Positions 9,475-17,961 of a stretch of DNA of 61,166 nucleotides are shown in pieces (positions within the stretch are counted from its first letter, which is position 1; the number at the start of each line of letters is the position of its first letter). Position numbers and translations under genes: made by a program. This DNA comes from Candidatus Saccharimonadota bacterium (GTDB taxonomy: Bacteria; Patescibacteriota; Saccharimonadia; Saccharimonadales; UBA4665), in NCBI GenBank assembly GCA_027346135.1, contig DAIESS010000002.1, forward strand, positions 1 to 61,166, given 5' to 3'. Below the pieces are notes generated by a model. It saw nothing but the letters and a program-made list of their open reading frames with translations, made no database searches and was not told the origin of the DNA.

Positions 9475-11691
9475 ATGGCAAAAAAGAAACAAACTCGAAA
9501 AAAGAAACAACCAGTCGTCGAAGACGTCGTTGAGCGGTCACCATTTTGGGGACTAGCTGGCGGCGTTTTGTTGTGCGTCGTAGCGCTATTTCTGCTGTTA
9601 GGTGGTTTTGGCACCGGTGGACCGTTGCCGGTCAATTTATTCAAAGGTGTTTACGCCGTGTTTGGCTGGGCGGCATATTTATCGCCGGTAGCCATGGCTT
9701 ACTGGGGTGTTTATAAAATCACCAGCGAGGACCGACGGGTACCGCTAAGCAAGCTGCTGGGCATGTTTAGCGTCTTATTATTTAGCGCCGGCTGGCTGCA
9801 CGTATCGTTTGCTAGCCGCAACGATGCCGGTGCCTGGGTCGGTGGCTTTGGCGGCGCAGCCGGGCGGGTGATTGGCGGCATGATTTTAAGTGCCCTCGAC
9901 AAATGGCCAGCCGGAATCTTGTTCTTTGTACTCACCATCCTGGCCGTTTTCTTCGCTTTTGCGATTTCACCGAAGGTTATTCTCGATTTCTTTGCGATGT
10001 TTAAGGCCGAGGGCACCGAGGAAGGCGCTGCAACTGATTTGGCGGCACTCAAGGCTCGCGCTGAGCATACCGGCTTTAAGATGAATGAGGGTGTGCCGGT
10101 TGAGCATCACACTGCCCGCGAGGATGCTCGCTTGAGCAGCATGAAGAATACGGCCAAGAAGCTTACGCCGGCCGAGGACCATGTGGCTTTGACTATCGCC
10201 AGCGACCCGGACTGGCAATTGCCGCCGATTACTTTGCTGAACCAAAAGCAGGACAAGGCTAACGCCGGCAATGTCGAAGGCAATGCCGACATCATTCAAG
10301 ATACATTCGCGAACTTCAATATCGACGTCGAAATGGAAGGCGCCAACATTGGTCCGCGCGTCACCCAGTTTACGCTTAAGCCGCCAACAGGGGTAAAACT
10401 GACCAAAATTACGGCACTTGAAAACAACCTCATGCTCGATTTGGGTGCTCAAAGCATTCGTATGGAAGCGCCAATCCCTGGTAAGCGAGCGGTCGGCATC
10501 GAGGTACCAAACATCACACCGGCCGTCGTGCGGGTGAGTTCGCTGTTAACGTCCGAGCCGTGGAATAAACTCAAGAGTCCGCTTGGATTCACTATTGGTA
10601 AAGACATTTCCGGCCAGCCAATTGTCGCTGATTTGGCAAAAATGCCGCACTTGCTGGTGGCTGGTCAAACTGGCTCTGGTAAATCGGTCATGATTAATAC
10701 ATTCTTGACGAGCCTGCTGTACCGTAATAGCCCAAGCGACCTTAAATTGATCTTGGTCGACCCTAAGCAGGTTGAAATGGCGCCTTACCATGATATTCCG
10801 CACTTGCTTACGCCAATCATTAACGAGCCGGAAAAGTGCATTAGCGCTCTTAAATGGGCGGTGGCTGAAATGGAGCGCCGTTTGCGCACTATGGCCGAAG
10901 TTGGCAAGCGCAACATTGGCGAATACAACGACCTTAAAAAAGAAGAAGGCATGCCGTACATCGTTATCGTCATCGATGAGTTAGCTGACCTGATGATGAT
11001 GGCGGCTCGCGATGTCGAAGCACTGATCGTACGCATTGCCCAAAAGGCTCGTGCCGCTGGTATTCACTTGGTACTGGCAACGCAGCGTCCGTCTGTCGAC
11101 GTTATCACCGGTTTAATTAAAGCTAACGTACCTGGCCGTATTGCGTTTACGACGCAGTCTCAGGTTGACAGTCGCACCATCATCGACCAAGCTGGCGCCG
11201 AAAAACTATTGGGCCGTGGTGACATGTTGCTTTTGACAAGTGAAATGCCCAAGCCGAAGCGTATCCAGGCTGCTCTTATTGAGGATGCTGAGACGGCTAA
11301 AGTTATGGATTTCTTGCGCAACCAGCGACCGCCACGCTATGACGACGAAGTGGTCAGTCAACCGGTCGTTTTGAACGGTAAGGGCGGCATAGTCGCCGAC
11401 ATGGGTGGTAACGACGCTGATGACGACATGTGGCAGGACGCCGTTCGGGTGGTAATTGAGGGTCGCAAAGCATCGACCTCACTCTTACAGCGCCGTTTAC
11501 GGATTGGTTATGGCCGAGCCGCTCGTTTGATCGAACAAATGGAAGAACAGGGTATTGTAGGTCATGCCGACGGCTCTCGACCGCGCGAAGTTTTGGTTAA
11601 CAGCCTGGATGAAGTCTTTGGTGGCAGTGAGCCGGACGGTGCTACGCACATCCCAGTTGAAGACGACAACGAAGCCTACTCGAACGCTTAA
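9475..11691 (+). CDS. ftsK: DNA translocase FtsK/SpoIIIE
   Basis: N-terminal TM helices, Walker A GQTGSGKSV, DELADLMM, and a C-terminal gamma wHTH (LLQRRLRIGYGRAARLIEQME). Confidence 0.92.
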   Translation: MAKKKQTRKKKQPVVEDVVERSPFWGLAGGVLLCVVALFLLLGGFGTGGPLPVNLFKGVYAVFGWAAYLSPVAMAYWGVYKITSEDRRVPLSKLLGMFSVLLFSAGWLHVSFASRNDAGAWVGGFGGAAGRVIGGMILSALDKWPAGILFFVLTILAVFFAFAISPKVILDFFAMFKAEGTEEGAATDLAALKARAEHTGFKMNEGVPVEHHTAREDARLSSMKNTAKKLTPAEDHVALTIASDPDWQLPPITLLNQKQDKANAGNVEGNADIIQDTFANFNIDVEMEGANIGPRVTQFTLKPPTGVKLTKITALENNLMLDLGAQSIRMEAPIPGKRAVGIEVPNITPAVVRVSSLLTSEPWNKLKSPLGFTIGKDISGQPIVADLAKMPHLLVAGQTGSGKSVMINTFLTSLLYRNSPSDLKLILVDPKQVEMAPYHDIPHLLTPIINEPEKCISALKWAVAEMERRLRTMAEVGKRNIGEYNDLKKEEGMPYIVIVIDELADLMMMAARDVEALIVRIAQKARAAGIHLVLATQRPSVDVITGLIKANVPGRIAFTTQSQVDSRTIIDQAGAEKLLGRGDMLLLTSEMPKPKRIQAALIEDAETAKVMDFLRNQRPPRYDDEVVSQPVVLNGKGGIVADMGGNDADDDMWQDAVRVVIEGRKASTSLLQRRLRIGYGRAARLIEQMEEQGIVGHADGSRPREVLVNSLDEVFGGSEPDGATHIPVEDDNEAYSNA

Positions 11692-11770
11692 AATACAACG
11701 TGATTTTGCTTGCAAAAAGCACAAGCAGTTTCTATTATGAGGTTAGAACAAACATAAGAGGAAAAGGCAT

Positions 11771-11881
11771 ATGAAAAGTCTGCGCGAATTCGCTGGAATG
11801 GCTATTGTCATCCCGCGCGACGGCGGACTCTCATGTGACCACACCACGAAAACTCCCGGCCAATACAGCCGGGAGTTTTAA
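11771..11881 (+). CDS. possible 36-aa leader ORF (MKSLREFAGMAIVIPRDGGLSCDHTTKTPGQYSREF)
   Basis: AAGAGGAAAAGG RBS. TTGCAA-17-TATTAT promoter at about 11718-11746. The 3' end lies inside the terminator stem. Below the ORF-track size cutoff. Confidence 0.25.
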   Translation: MKSLREFAGMAIVIPRDGGLSCDHTTKTPGQYSREF

Positions 11882-11885
11882 TTTT
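11850..11885 (+). terminator. rho-independent terminator or attenuator
   Basis: AAACTCCCGGC-caataca-GCCGGGAGTTT followed by TAATTTT. Confidence 0.6.
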
Positions 11886-11901
11886 CAAAAAGGAGTCGCC
11901 A

Positions 11902-12888
11902 GTGCCTATAAATAGTGAGATGCATCGAATAATTACAGCCGACTGCTCGTATCCAAAAGAGATCGACGACGGGCTTTTTATCAAACCACTCGATGAGGAT
12001 CACGAACTATATCAGGTAGGCGTGTGTATTGCTGATACTTCAAAAATTTATGATAACGTCGAGGTGACCAAGCAGGCGTTCGCCCGGACGACAGCGCGTT
12101 ACTGGGATCTACCAGATGGTGAGCGGGGCTATGACCCAATGATTGACCCGAAACTGGTCCAGAAAATCGAACTCAAAGCCGGCACGGTGCGTGATGCAAT
12201 GGTGGCTTCATTTATGGTCGGTGTGCATGAGGCGCCGAGCGATATCGAAATATCATTCGAGCCGGTTAAGATCGACAAAAACATAGACTATCGGCAATTA
12301 TCCAACTTTACGTACAGTGAGCAGGGCCGTAAATATTTGCGAGCTAGCTTATTAATTCGCCAGCACCTCGGTTACATTGCTTACGGTGACCACATCGGTA
12401 GCCGGCCGCAATGGCGCAAGGATGAGGCCGGTCAGCCCGCGGCTGTTAATATGTCTGGCCGCGCTTGGAAGCGCGGTTCGCAGATCAATGAATCGTTTAT
12501 GGTGGCGACAAATCATTTGGTTGGTAAGCTGATGGACGAAGAAAACCGGCCGGTCATTTACCGGGTGCACGACCCGGATGACGAGCAGTATCTAGAATTA
12601 TTATCGGCTAGCGTGGCACGCTTTAGTCGTAAGGCGGGGCTTCATTCTGGTCTTGGGCTGGACCCGTATTGCCGGGTAACGTCACCGTTGCGTCGGCTTG
12701 ATGACTTTGTGTCGATTCAACAGCTCAGACAGCGAGATCGAGGACTGGCGCCTACTGCCAAAGACATACAAGACGTGGCTTTTGCGGTTCGCCGTTTGAA
12801 CCAAGAATTGGTGGCATCGGCACCAAAAGAAGCCGCCCGGCTGAGCCGCCGCGATATCTTGGGGCGAGCCGCTTTGGCCGCCGGTTGA
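11902..12888 (+). CDS. RNB-domain-only ribonuclease II/R-like protein (328 aa)
   Basis: RNB motifs I-IV: EIDDGLF, CIADTSKIY, ARYWDL..DPMIDP, GLGLDPYCRVTSPLRRLDDF. There are no CSD or S1 domains. GTG start after AAAGGAG. Confidence 0.7.
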   Translation: MPINSEMHRIITADCSYPKEIDDGLFIKPLDEDHELYQVGVCIADTSKIYDNVEVTKQAFARTTARYWDLPDGERGYDPMIDPKLVQKIELKAGTVRDAMVASFMVGVHEAPSDIEISFEPVKIDKNIDYRQLSNFTYSEQGRKYLRASLLIRQHLGYIAYGDHIGSRPQWRKDEAGQPAAVNMSGRAWKRGSQINESFMVATNHLVGKLMDEENRPVIYRVHDPDDEQYLELLSASVARFSRKAGLHSGLGLDPYCRVTSPLRRLDDFVSIQQLRQRDRGLAPTAKDIQDVAFAVRRLNQELVASAPKEAARLSRRDILGRAALAAG

Positions 12889-12979
12889 CGAACAGGGGTA
12901 GCTGGGGTATAATTGCCAGGTCATTAACTCAGTTTGCATCCAATATGTGAGTGCAAGCTTTAACCAAAGGAGAAACCTC

Positions 12980-13360
12980 GTGAATCAATACGAAGTAGCT
13001 GTTTTGTATCATCCAGATTTGGAAATTGATCTGGAAAAAGCGTCGTCGCGCGTTGAGAAGATCTTTACCGACAATGGCGGTAAGATCGTCAACACTGACA
13101 ACTGGGGCAAGCGCAAGCTGGCCTACACCATCAAAAAAAATGATCACGCCGTGTACGTTTTTTATACGGTTGAATTGCCGGGCGAGAACGTTAAGAAGGT
13201 TGAATCGACCCTTAACATCACCGACGAAGTTATTCGTTTCTTGATTACTCGTCCCGACCTTAAGGCGATTGCCAAGGCCGAAGCTGCCAAGGCTGAGAAG
13301 GCCAAAAAGGCTGCTGAGCGCGGTGAAAGCGCCGACAGCGACAAAGAAGACGAAGAATAG
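12980..13360 (+). CDS. rpsF: 30S ribosomal protein S6
   Basis: YEVAVLYHPDLE..GKRKLAYTIKK..IRFLITR. GTG 12980 follows AAGGAG. Confidence 0.9.
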   Translation: MNQYEVAVLYHPDLEIDLEKASSRVEKIFTDNGGKIVNTDNWGKRKLAYTIKKNDHAVYVFYTVELPGENVKKVESTLNITDEVIRFLITRPDLKAIAKAEAAKAEKAKKAAERGESADSDKEDEE

Positions 13361-13455
13361 ACCTGTAGCGCCGTCGCTTGACGAAAAATCGGCGGCAGCG
13401 TAGCGTGAAAGTATAAATTAACCAAAGACATAGTTCTTATAAGGAGGGATGCCAA

Positions 13456-13938
13456 ATGGCACGAAGCGTAAACCAAGTAATTTTGATGGGCAACCTAACA
13501 CGCGACCCCGAATTGCGTAGTACGCCAAGCGGACAAAACGTATGCAGCTTTAGTTTGGCTCTAAACCGCAGTTACAAAGATGCCAGCGGTGAGTGGCAAG
13601 AAGCCACTGACTACATCGATGTAACCGCCTGGGGTCCGCTAGGCGAGCGGGTTAGCCAATATTTGAGCAAGGGCCGTCGTTGCCTCGTTCAGGGCCGACT
13701 GCAATCGCGCAGCTGGGAACAAGATGGGCAGAAGCGCAGCAAAGTTGAAGTACTGGCTAGCGACGTAACTTTCCTAGATGGCCGCGGTGGTAGCGATGAT
13801 GGCAGTGGTATGATCGGCAACGGTCGTCCGGCCAACGGTGATGGCGACGGTAAACCGGCACCATCCAAGAAAAAGAACGATGTCGTTATCGATGACATCG
13901 GTGACGAACCGATCAATCTTGATGATATCCCATTCTAA
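13456..13938 (+). CDS. ssb: single-stranded DNA-binding protein
   Basis: OB fold (NQVILMGNLTRDPELR), a Gly-rich tail, and a C-terminal DDIPF. Confidence 0.93.
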   Translation: MARSVNQVILMGNLTRDPELRSTPSGQNVCSFSLALNRSYKDASGEWQEATDYIDVTAWGPLGERVSQYLSKGRRCLVQGRLQSRSWEQDGQKRSKVEVLASDVTFLDGRGGSDDGSGMIGNGRPANGDGDGKPAPSKKKNDVVIDDIGDEPINLDDIPF

Positions 13939-14118
13939 CTGCATGAGACACCTGTAAACAGGTTTCTCATCGCTCCTTGCGAAGTAACTTCGCATTCGCT
14001 AAAGCGAACCGGAGCTGCTCTCCCCGGAGCCAAATGGGGAATAAACTTAAGTAATTTTTGAAAGGAGAAAGGGCGGACACAAAAGAATAACCGAAAGGTT
14101 ATTTCCGCCTTACATGAT

Positions 14119-14322
14119 ATGGCAAAGATTTTTAAACACCGCACCGACGTTGCGTTTTTCGATTACAAGGACTTCAAGACTTTGCAACGTTACGTTAACG
14201 TTTACGGACAAATTGAAACTCGCAAGAAGACTGGTTTGACCGAGAGCCAGCAGCGCCGCCTAAGCGTCGCAATTAAGCGTGCTCGTCACATTGCTTTGTT
14301 GCCGTTCGTCGCATCGAACTAG
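14119..14322 (+). CDS. rpsR: 30S ribosomal protein S18
   Basis: FFDYKDFKTLQRYVNVYGQIETRKKTGL..AIKRARHIALLPF. Confidence 0.93.
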   Translation: MAKIFKHRTDVAFFDYKDFKTLQRYVNVYGQIETRKKTGLTESQQRRLSVAIKRARHIALLPFVASN

Positions 14323-14335
14323 GGACTAGAGCCGG

Positions 14336-14662
14336 GTGGAATCGCCATATCGTTTGATGCAGCAGCTCGAGGCGCAAATTCGCGCCCGCTTGTCCGACAT
14401 CGATATATATGACCTAGAGATGGATGTTCGCAAGCTAGTTCTGGCGCTGCGTAATCAGGCTACCGATGCCCGCCTCGACATACGCGACTACGAACTGATC
14501 GAAACTCGGCAGTTACAAATCGAAAAGGCAACGGCTGCCCGCGGCCGTTTAAAACAGCTCGAAAAAGATATTTTAACGGCTAGTGAACACAATATTTTTA
14601 GTAGCATCGATGTGGCTCATCTGTCGGCCAACGTCGAATACATTTTAGAGAAGTTATTATAG
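14336..14662 (+). CDS. hypothetical protein (108 aa)
   Basis: ORF with a GTG start (alternative ATG at 14357). Packed between rpsR and efp. Confidence 0.4.
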   Translation: MESPYRLMQQLEAQIRARLSDIDIYDLEMDVRKLVLALRNQATDARLDIRDYELIETRQLQIEKATAARGRLKQLEKDILTASEHNIFSSIDVAHLSANVEYILEKLL

Positions 14663-14672
14663 GAGAATCGTC

Positions 14673-15239
14673 ATGGCACTAAGCATTACCGACCTCAAAA
14701 AAGGTACCGTTTTTCAACTGGACGGCGTGCCTTATCGTGTGGTTGAGTACTCGCAAAAGGTGATGGGCCGGGGTGGTTCGATTGTTAACGTCCGCATTAA
14801 GAGCCTAATCGATGGCCGCGTGCTCGAAAAAACCTTCAAGGGCAATGAGCAGCTTGACTACGCCGATGTAACCAATCAAAACGTACAATATTTGTATAAC
14901 GATGCTGCTAACTTCTTCTTTATGAACGAAGATACTTTTGAACAATTTGAAGTATCAGCTGATTTGGTGGGAGATGGCGCTGGCTACTTAAAAGAAGGTG
15001 ATGTTGTGTCGTTGCAGATGTTTGACGGCCGGCCGATTAATGTCGAATTGCCCAAAAATGTACCCCTAAAAGTCACTTACACCGAGAGTGCCGTTAAGGG
15101 TGATACTAGCAGTGCCATCACCAAGGATGCAACGCTCGAAACTGGCATAACCATAAAGGTACCGGCCTTTATTAAGCAGGGCGACTTAATTTCCGTCGAT
15201 ACGGCAACGGGCGCCTACCGCGAACGCGTCAAAGGCTAA
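14673..15239 (+). CDS. efp: elongation factor P (Arg at the modification-loop tip)
   Basis: Full-length EF-P. The loop QKVMGRGGS places R33 where E. coli has K34. Confidence 0.95.
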   Translation: MALSITDLKKGTVFQLDGVPYRVVEYSQKVMGRGGSIVNVRIKSLIDGRVLEKTFKGNEQLDYADVTNQNVQYLYNDAANFFFMNEDTFEQFEVSADLVGDGAGYLKEGDVVSLQMFDGRPINVELPKNVPLKVTYTESAVKGDTSSAITKDATLETGITIKVPAFIKQGDLISVDTATGAYRERVKG

Positions 15240-15246
15240 AATTGCT

Positions 15247-15735
15247 ATGATTGTGGATTTTGAACAGCTGCCTGAAATACGCGAGACTCATAAAGACGAT
15301 AAAATCGTTTTCAGGGGTGGTTGTTACGATATTGTCCACGAAGGTCATATACAGGGTTTGGCATTTGCCAAGAAATTGGGAACCTTATTGGTGGTAGGGG
15401 TGCGACCCGACAAAAGGGTGACCGAGCGCAAAGGACCGACTAGGCCCATTCGCGGCCAAGACGCTCGTTTGACCGTTGTTGATGCGATCCGCTATGTTGA
15501 CTACAGTTTTCTGATGCCTGACGGCAATGATGAGATTGGGGCGGCATCTCTGCGTGTGGTTGACGCTTTGCGTCCAGATATCTTCGTCGGAACGGGGACT
15601 CACGTTGGCAGCCATCCTAATGATGAAGCAGTGCAACGAATGGGTGCCGAGATTATACTCGACCCAAATTTGCCGCCCAACTCAACGACTAAGATTATCG
15701 AACGAATCATGGCTTTGCACATGGATAGGTCATGA
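15247..15735 (+). CDS. cytidylyltransferase-like nucleotidyltransferase (HxGH family)
   Basis: GGCYDIVHEGHIQGL (HIGH-type motif), as in RfaE domain II / TagD-type enzymes. Confidence 0.7.
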   Translation: MIVDFEQLPEIRETHKDDKIVFRGGCYDIVHEGHIQGLAFAKKLGTLLVVGVRPDKRVTERKGPTRPIRGQDARLTVVDAIRYVDYSFLMPDGNDEIGAASLRVVDALRPDIFVGTGTHVGSHPNDEAVQRMGAEIILDPNLPPNSTTKIIERIMALHMDRS

Positions 15736-16454
15736 AACTACGACTCGATCAGGCTTTGGTAGTGCGCGGCTTAATATCGACGCGGAGCCAGGCCGAAAGC
15801 TTTATTAAACTTGGCAGTGTCCAGGTTAACGGAAAGATTGTTTCTAAGGCCGGTACCTTGGTGGACGAAGCCGACGACGTTAATCTCACTGCCACCGAAC
15901 AGTATGTTAGCCGGGCAGGGCTTAAGCTGGCTAGCATCGCCAAAATCCTGAAACTCGATTTTCGCGACAAAGTCGTGCTCGATGTCGGTTCATCGACAGG
16001 TGGTTTTACTGACTACGCCTTGCAGCATGGCGCTCGTAAGGTCATTGCCGTAGAAGTTGGTACCGACCAGTTACACCCGAGCCTGCATGGTCATCCGCAG
16101 ATTGAATTGCATGAAAAAACTGACATCCGTGATTTTCATACTAGCGAGGTTATCGATATTGTGGTGGCCGATGTATCTTTTATATCTTTGCGTGACATCT
16201 TGCCAAGCGTCGTTAAGCTGACCAACCGCCAGACCAGGCTGGCCATCATGGTAAAGCCCCAGTTTGAGGCCGCCCAAAGCAGCCTAAAACACAAAGGTGT
16301 CATTAAAAACGACGCGATGCGCCGTCGGATTTTGAAAGATTTCGAAGAATGGGCTCATCGATATTTCGTTATTGTCGACAAAGCCGATAGTGATGTGGCT
16401 GGTGCTAAAGGTAATCGCGAACGCTTTTATTTGTTACGTCCCTTAAGTGACTAA
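15732..16454 (+). CDS. tlyA: TlyA-family rRNA 2'-O-methyltransferase
   Basis: S4 domain (RLDQALVVRGLISTRSQAE) plus the FtsJ-like LDVGSSTGGFTDYALQHGA. Confidence 0.88.
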   Translation: MKLRLDQALVVRGLISTRSQAESFIKLGSVQVNGKIVSKAGTLVDEADDVNLTATEQYVSRAGLKLASIAKILKLDFRDKVVLDVGSSTGGFTDYALQHGARKVIAVEVGTDQLHPSLHGHPQIELHEKTDIRDFHTSEVIDIVVADVSFISLRDILPSVVKLTNRQTRLAIMVKPQFEAAQSSLKHKGVIKNDAMRRRILKDFEEWAHRYFVIVDKADSDVAGAKGNRERFYLLRPLSD

Positions 16455-16493
16455 TTTGGCACAAGCATAAGAGGAAATGATACACTTGTAAAT

Positions 16494-17150
16494 ATGTACT
16501 TTGCTTCGCGTGTTCAAGCTGGTCGAATGCTGGCTAATCGGTTGTTACCGCAGTACCGCTATGAGAACTGTGTTGTTCTCGCGCTCAGTGATGGCGGGGC
16601 TATGGTAGGCGCGCAAATCGCTATGGCCTTGCACTGTGCGATGGGATTGTTGGTGACCGAAGAAATCGAATTGCCGCGCGAGCCTGACGCTTTAGCTGGT
16701 ATTGCCCAGGATGGTTCTTTTTCTTTTAATGGCATGTACTCACCCGGTGAGATTGATGAGATGATGTCTGAGTATTATCAGTACGTCGAACAGGAAAAAA
16801 TGACCAAGTTACAAGAGATGCACCGCATGATTGGTGACAATATCGTTCTGAAAAAGAGCATGCTAAAGGGGCGAAACGTTATTATGGTGTCAGATGGCAT
16901 GAAGAGTGGTTTTGCACTGGATATTGCCGCTCAATTCTTAAAGCCAATTGATATCGAAAAAATGATCATTGCCGTGCCAGTGGCGAGTGTTAAAGCGGTC
17001 GATCGCATGCACATTGTCGCCGACGAGCTGTATGTTATGAGTGTCGTCGAAGACTACATTAGCACGGAGCATTATTACGACAAAGAGGATGTTCCGGAGC
17101 ACAAAGTGGTCGTCGATACGGTCGAGAAAATTATTCTTAACTGGGCGTAA
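16494..17150 (+). CDS. predicted phosphoribosyltransferase-like protein
   Basis: FASRVQAGRMLANRL..VLALSDGGAMVG..VIMVSDGMKSG (degenerate PRPP loop). Confidence 0.55.
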   Translation: MYFASRVQAGRMLANRLLPQYRYENCVVLALSDGGAMVGAQIAMALHCAMGLLVTEEIELPREPDALAGIAQDGSFSFNGMYSPGEIDEMMSEYYQYVEQEKMTKLQEMHRMIGDNIVLKKSMLKGRNVIMVSDGMKSGFALDIAAQFLKPIDIEKMIIAVPVASVKAVDRMHIVADELYVMSVVEDYISTEHYYDKEDVPEHKVVVDTVEKIILNWA

Positions 17151-17154
17151 ATGC

Positions 17155-17829
17155 TTAGTGGGTCAGGTGATTTTCGAGCCCGGCAACGTCGAGCAGTAGT
17201 ATCTGTGATTGTTCATTTTTGAGCAGACCTTTACGCTCTAGCGCGGATAGCTCGCGGCTGGCTGTTTCGCGGCTGGAATTAATTGAGCTAGCGATATCTT
17301 GGTGCTTGAGGGGTAAAGCAATCAACAAACCGTCGTTAGTCTCATGGCCGAAGCGACTAGCCATAGTGAGCAGGAAAGAAATGAGACGTTCACGAACGCT
17401 GCGATATTCAAGATTGATAAGTCGTTCGCTGTGCAAGCGGTACATCTCAAGTGTCATGTCCAATAATGGCGCTAAAGCATCGGGCTGTTGATGTACAAAA
17501 TCGAGTAAAATTTCGCGGTCAATTTTTAAAACCACGGTTGGAGCGAGTGCTTCGTATATAACTTGCCGCTCCTGGCCGGTTAACGCCCAGATAAGCGGAA
17601 AAACTTCGTGTTCTTTGCGGATAATCAGCAGGTTTTCATCGCCGTACTTGGTGATGTCATAAGCTTTGACAATACCCTCGTTGATATAAAAAACACCTGA
17701 CGGATATTCACCAGGTCTAACGATGTACTCTCCCTTGCGGAAAGTAATTTTATGGCCCTGATCCCGAAACAGTTCCACCAGTTCGGCTGTTTGGCGAAGC
17801 GTCGCTAGCATATCTGTATTATGGCACAT
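17155..17829 (-). CDS. Crp/Fnr-family transcriptional regulator
   Basis: cNMP-binding beta-barrel (FRKGEYIVRPGEYPSGVFYINEGIVKAY) plus a C-terminal HTH (QDIASSINSSRETASRELSALERKG). Confidence 0.85.
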   Translation of the reverse strand: MCHNTDMLATLRQTAELVELFRDQGHKITFRKGEYIVRPGEYPSGVFYINEGIVKAYDITKYGDENLLIIRKEHEVFPLIWALTGQERQVIYEALAPTVVLKIDREILLDFVHQQPDALAPLLDMTLEMYRLHSERLINLEYRSVRERLISFLLTMASRFGHETNDGLLIALPLKHQDIASSINSSRETASRELSALERKGLLKNEQSQILLLDVAGLENHLTH

Positions 17830-17830
17830 C

Positions 17831-17846
17831 TGTGATTTTTGCGACA
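17831..17846. promoter_or_regulatory. CRP-like half-palindrome box abutting the crp-like start
   Basis: TGTGA-tttttg-CGACA, compared with the consensus TGTGA-N6-TCACA. Confidence 0.25.
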
Positions 17847-17866
17847 GGCTGGGAAAGGTGAAAAAA

Positions 17867-17882
17867 TGTGATTATTATCTCA
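17867..17882. promoter_or_regulatory. CRP-like box in the divergent intergenic region
   Basis: TGTGA-ttatta-TCTCA (9/10 to the consensus arms). Confidence 0.35.
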
Positions 17883-17961
17883 TTTTTAAGGTAAGCATTT
17901 TCACCTCATTACCTTGCAGGGGCAGGTAATATATAGATGAAAGGCGCAGGGGGAAATCAAT

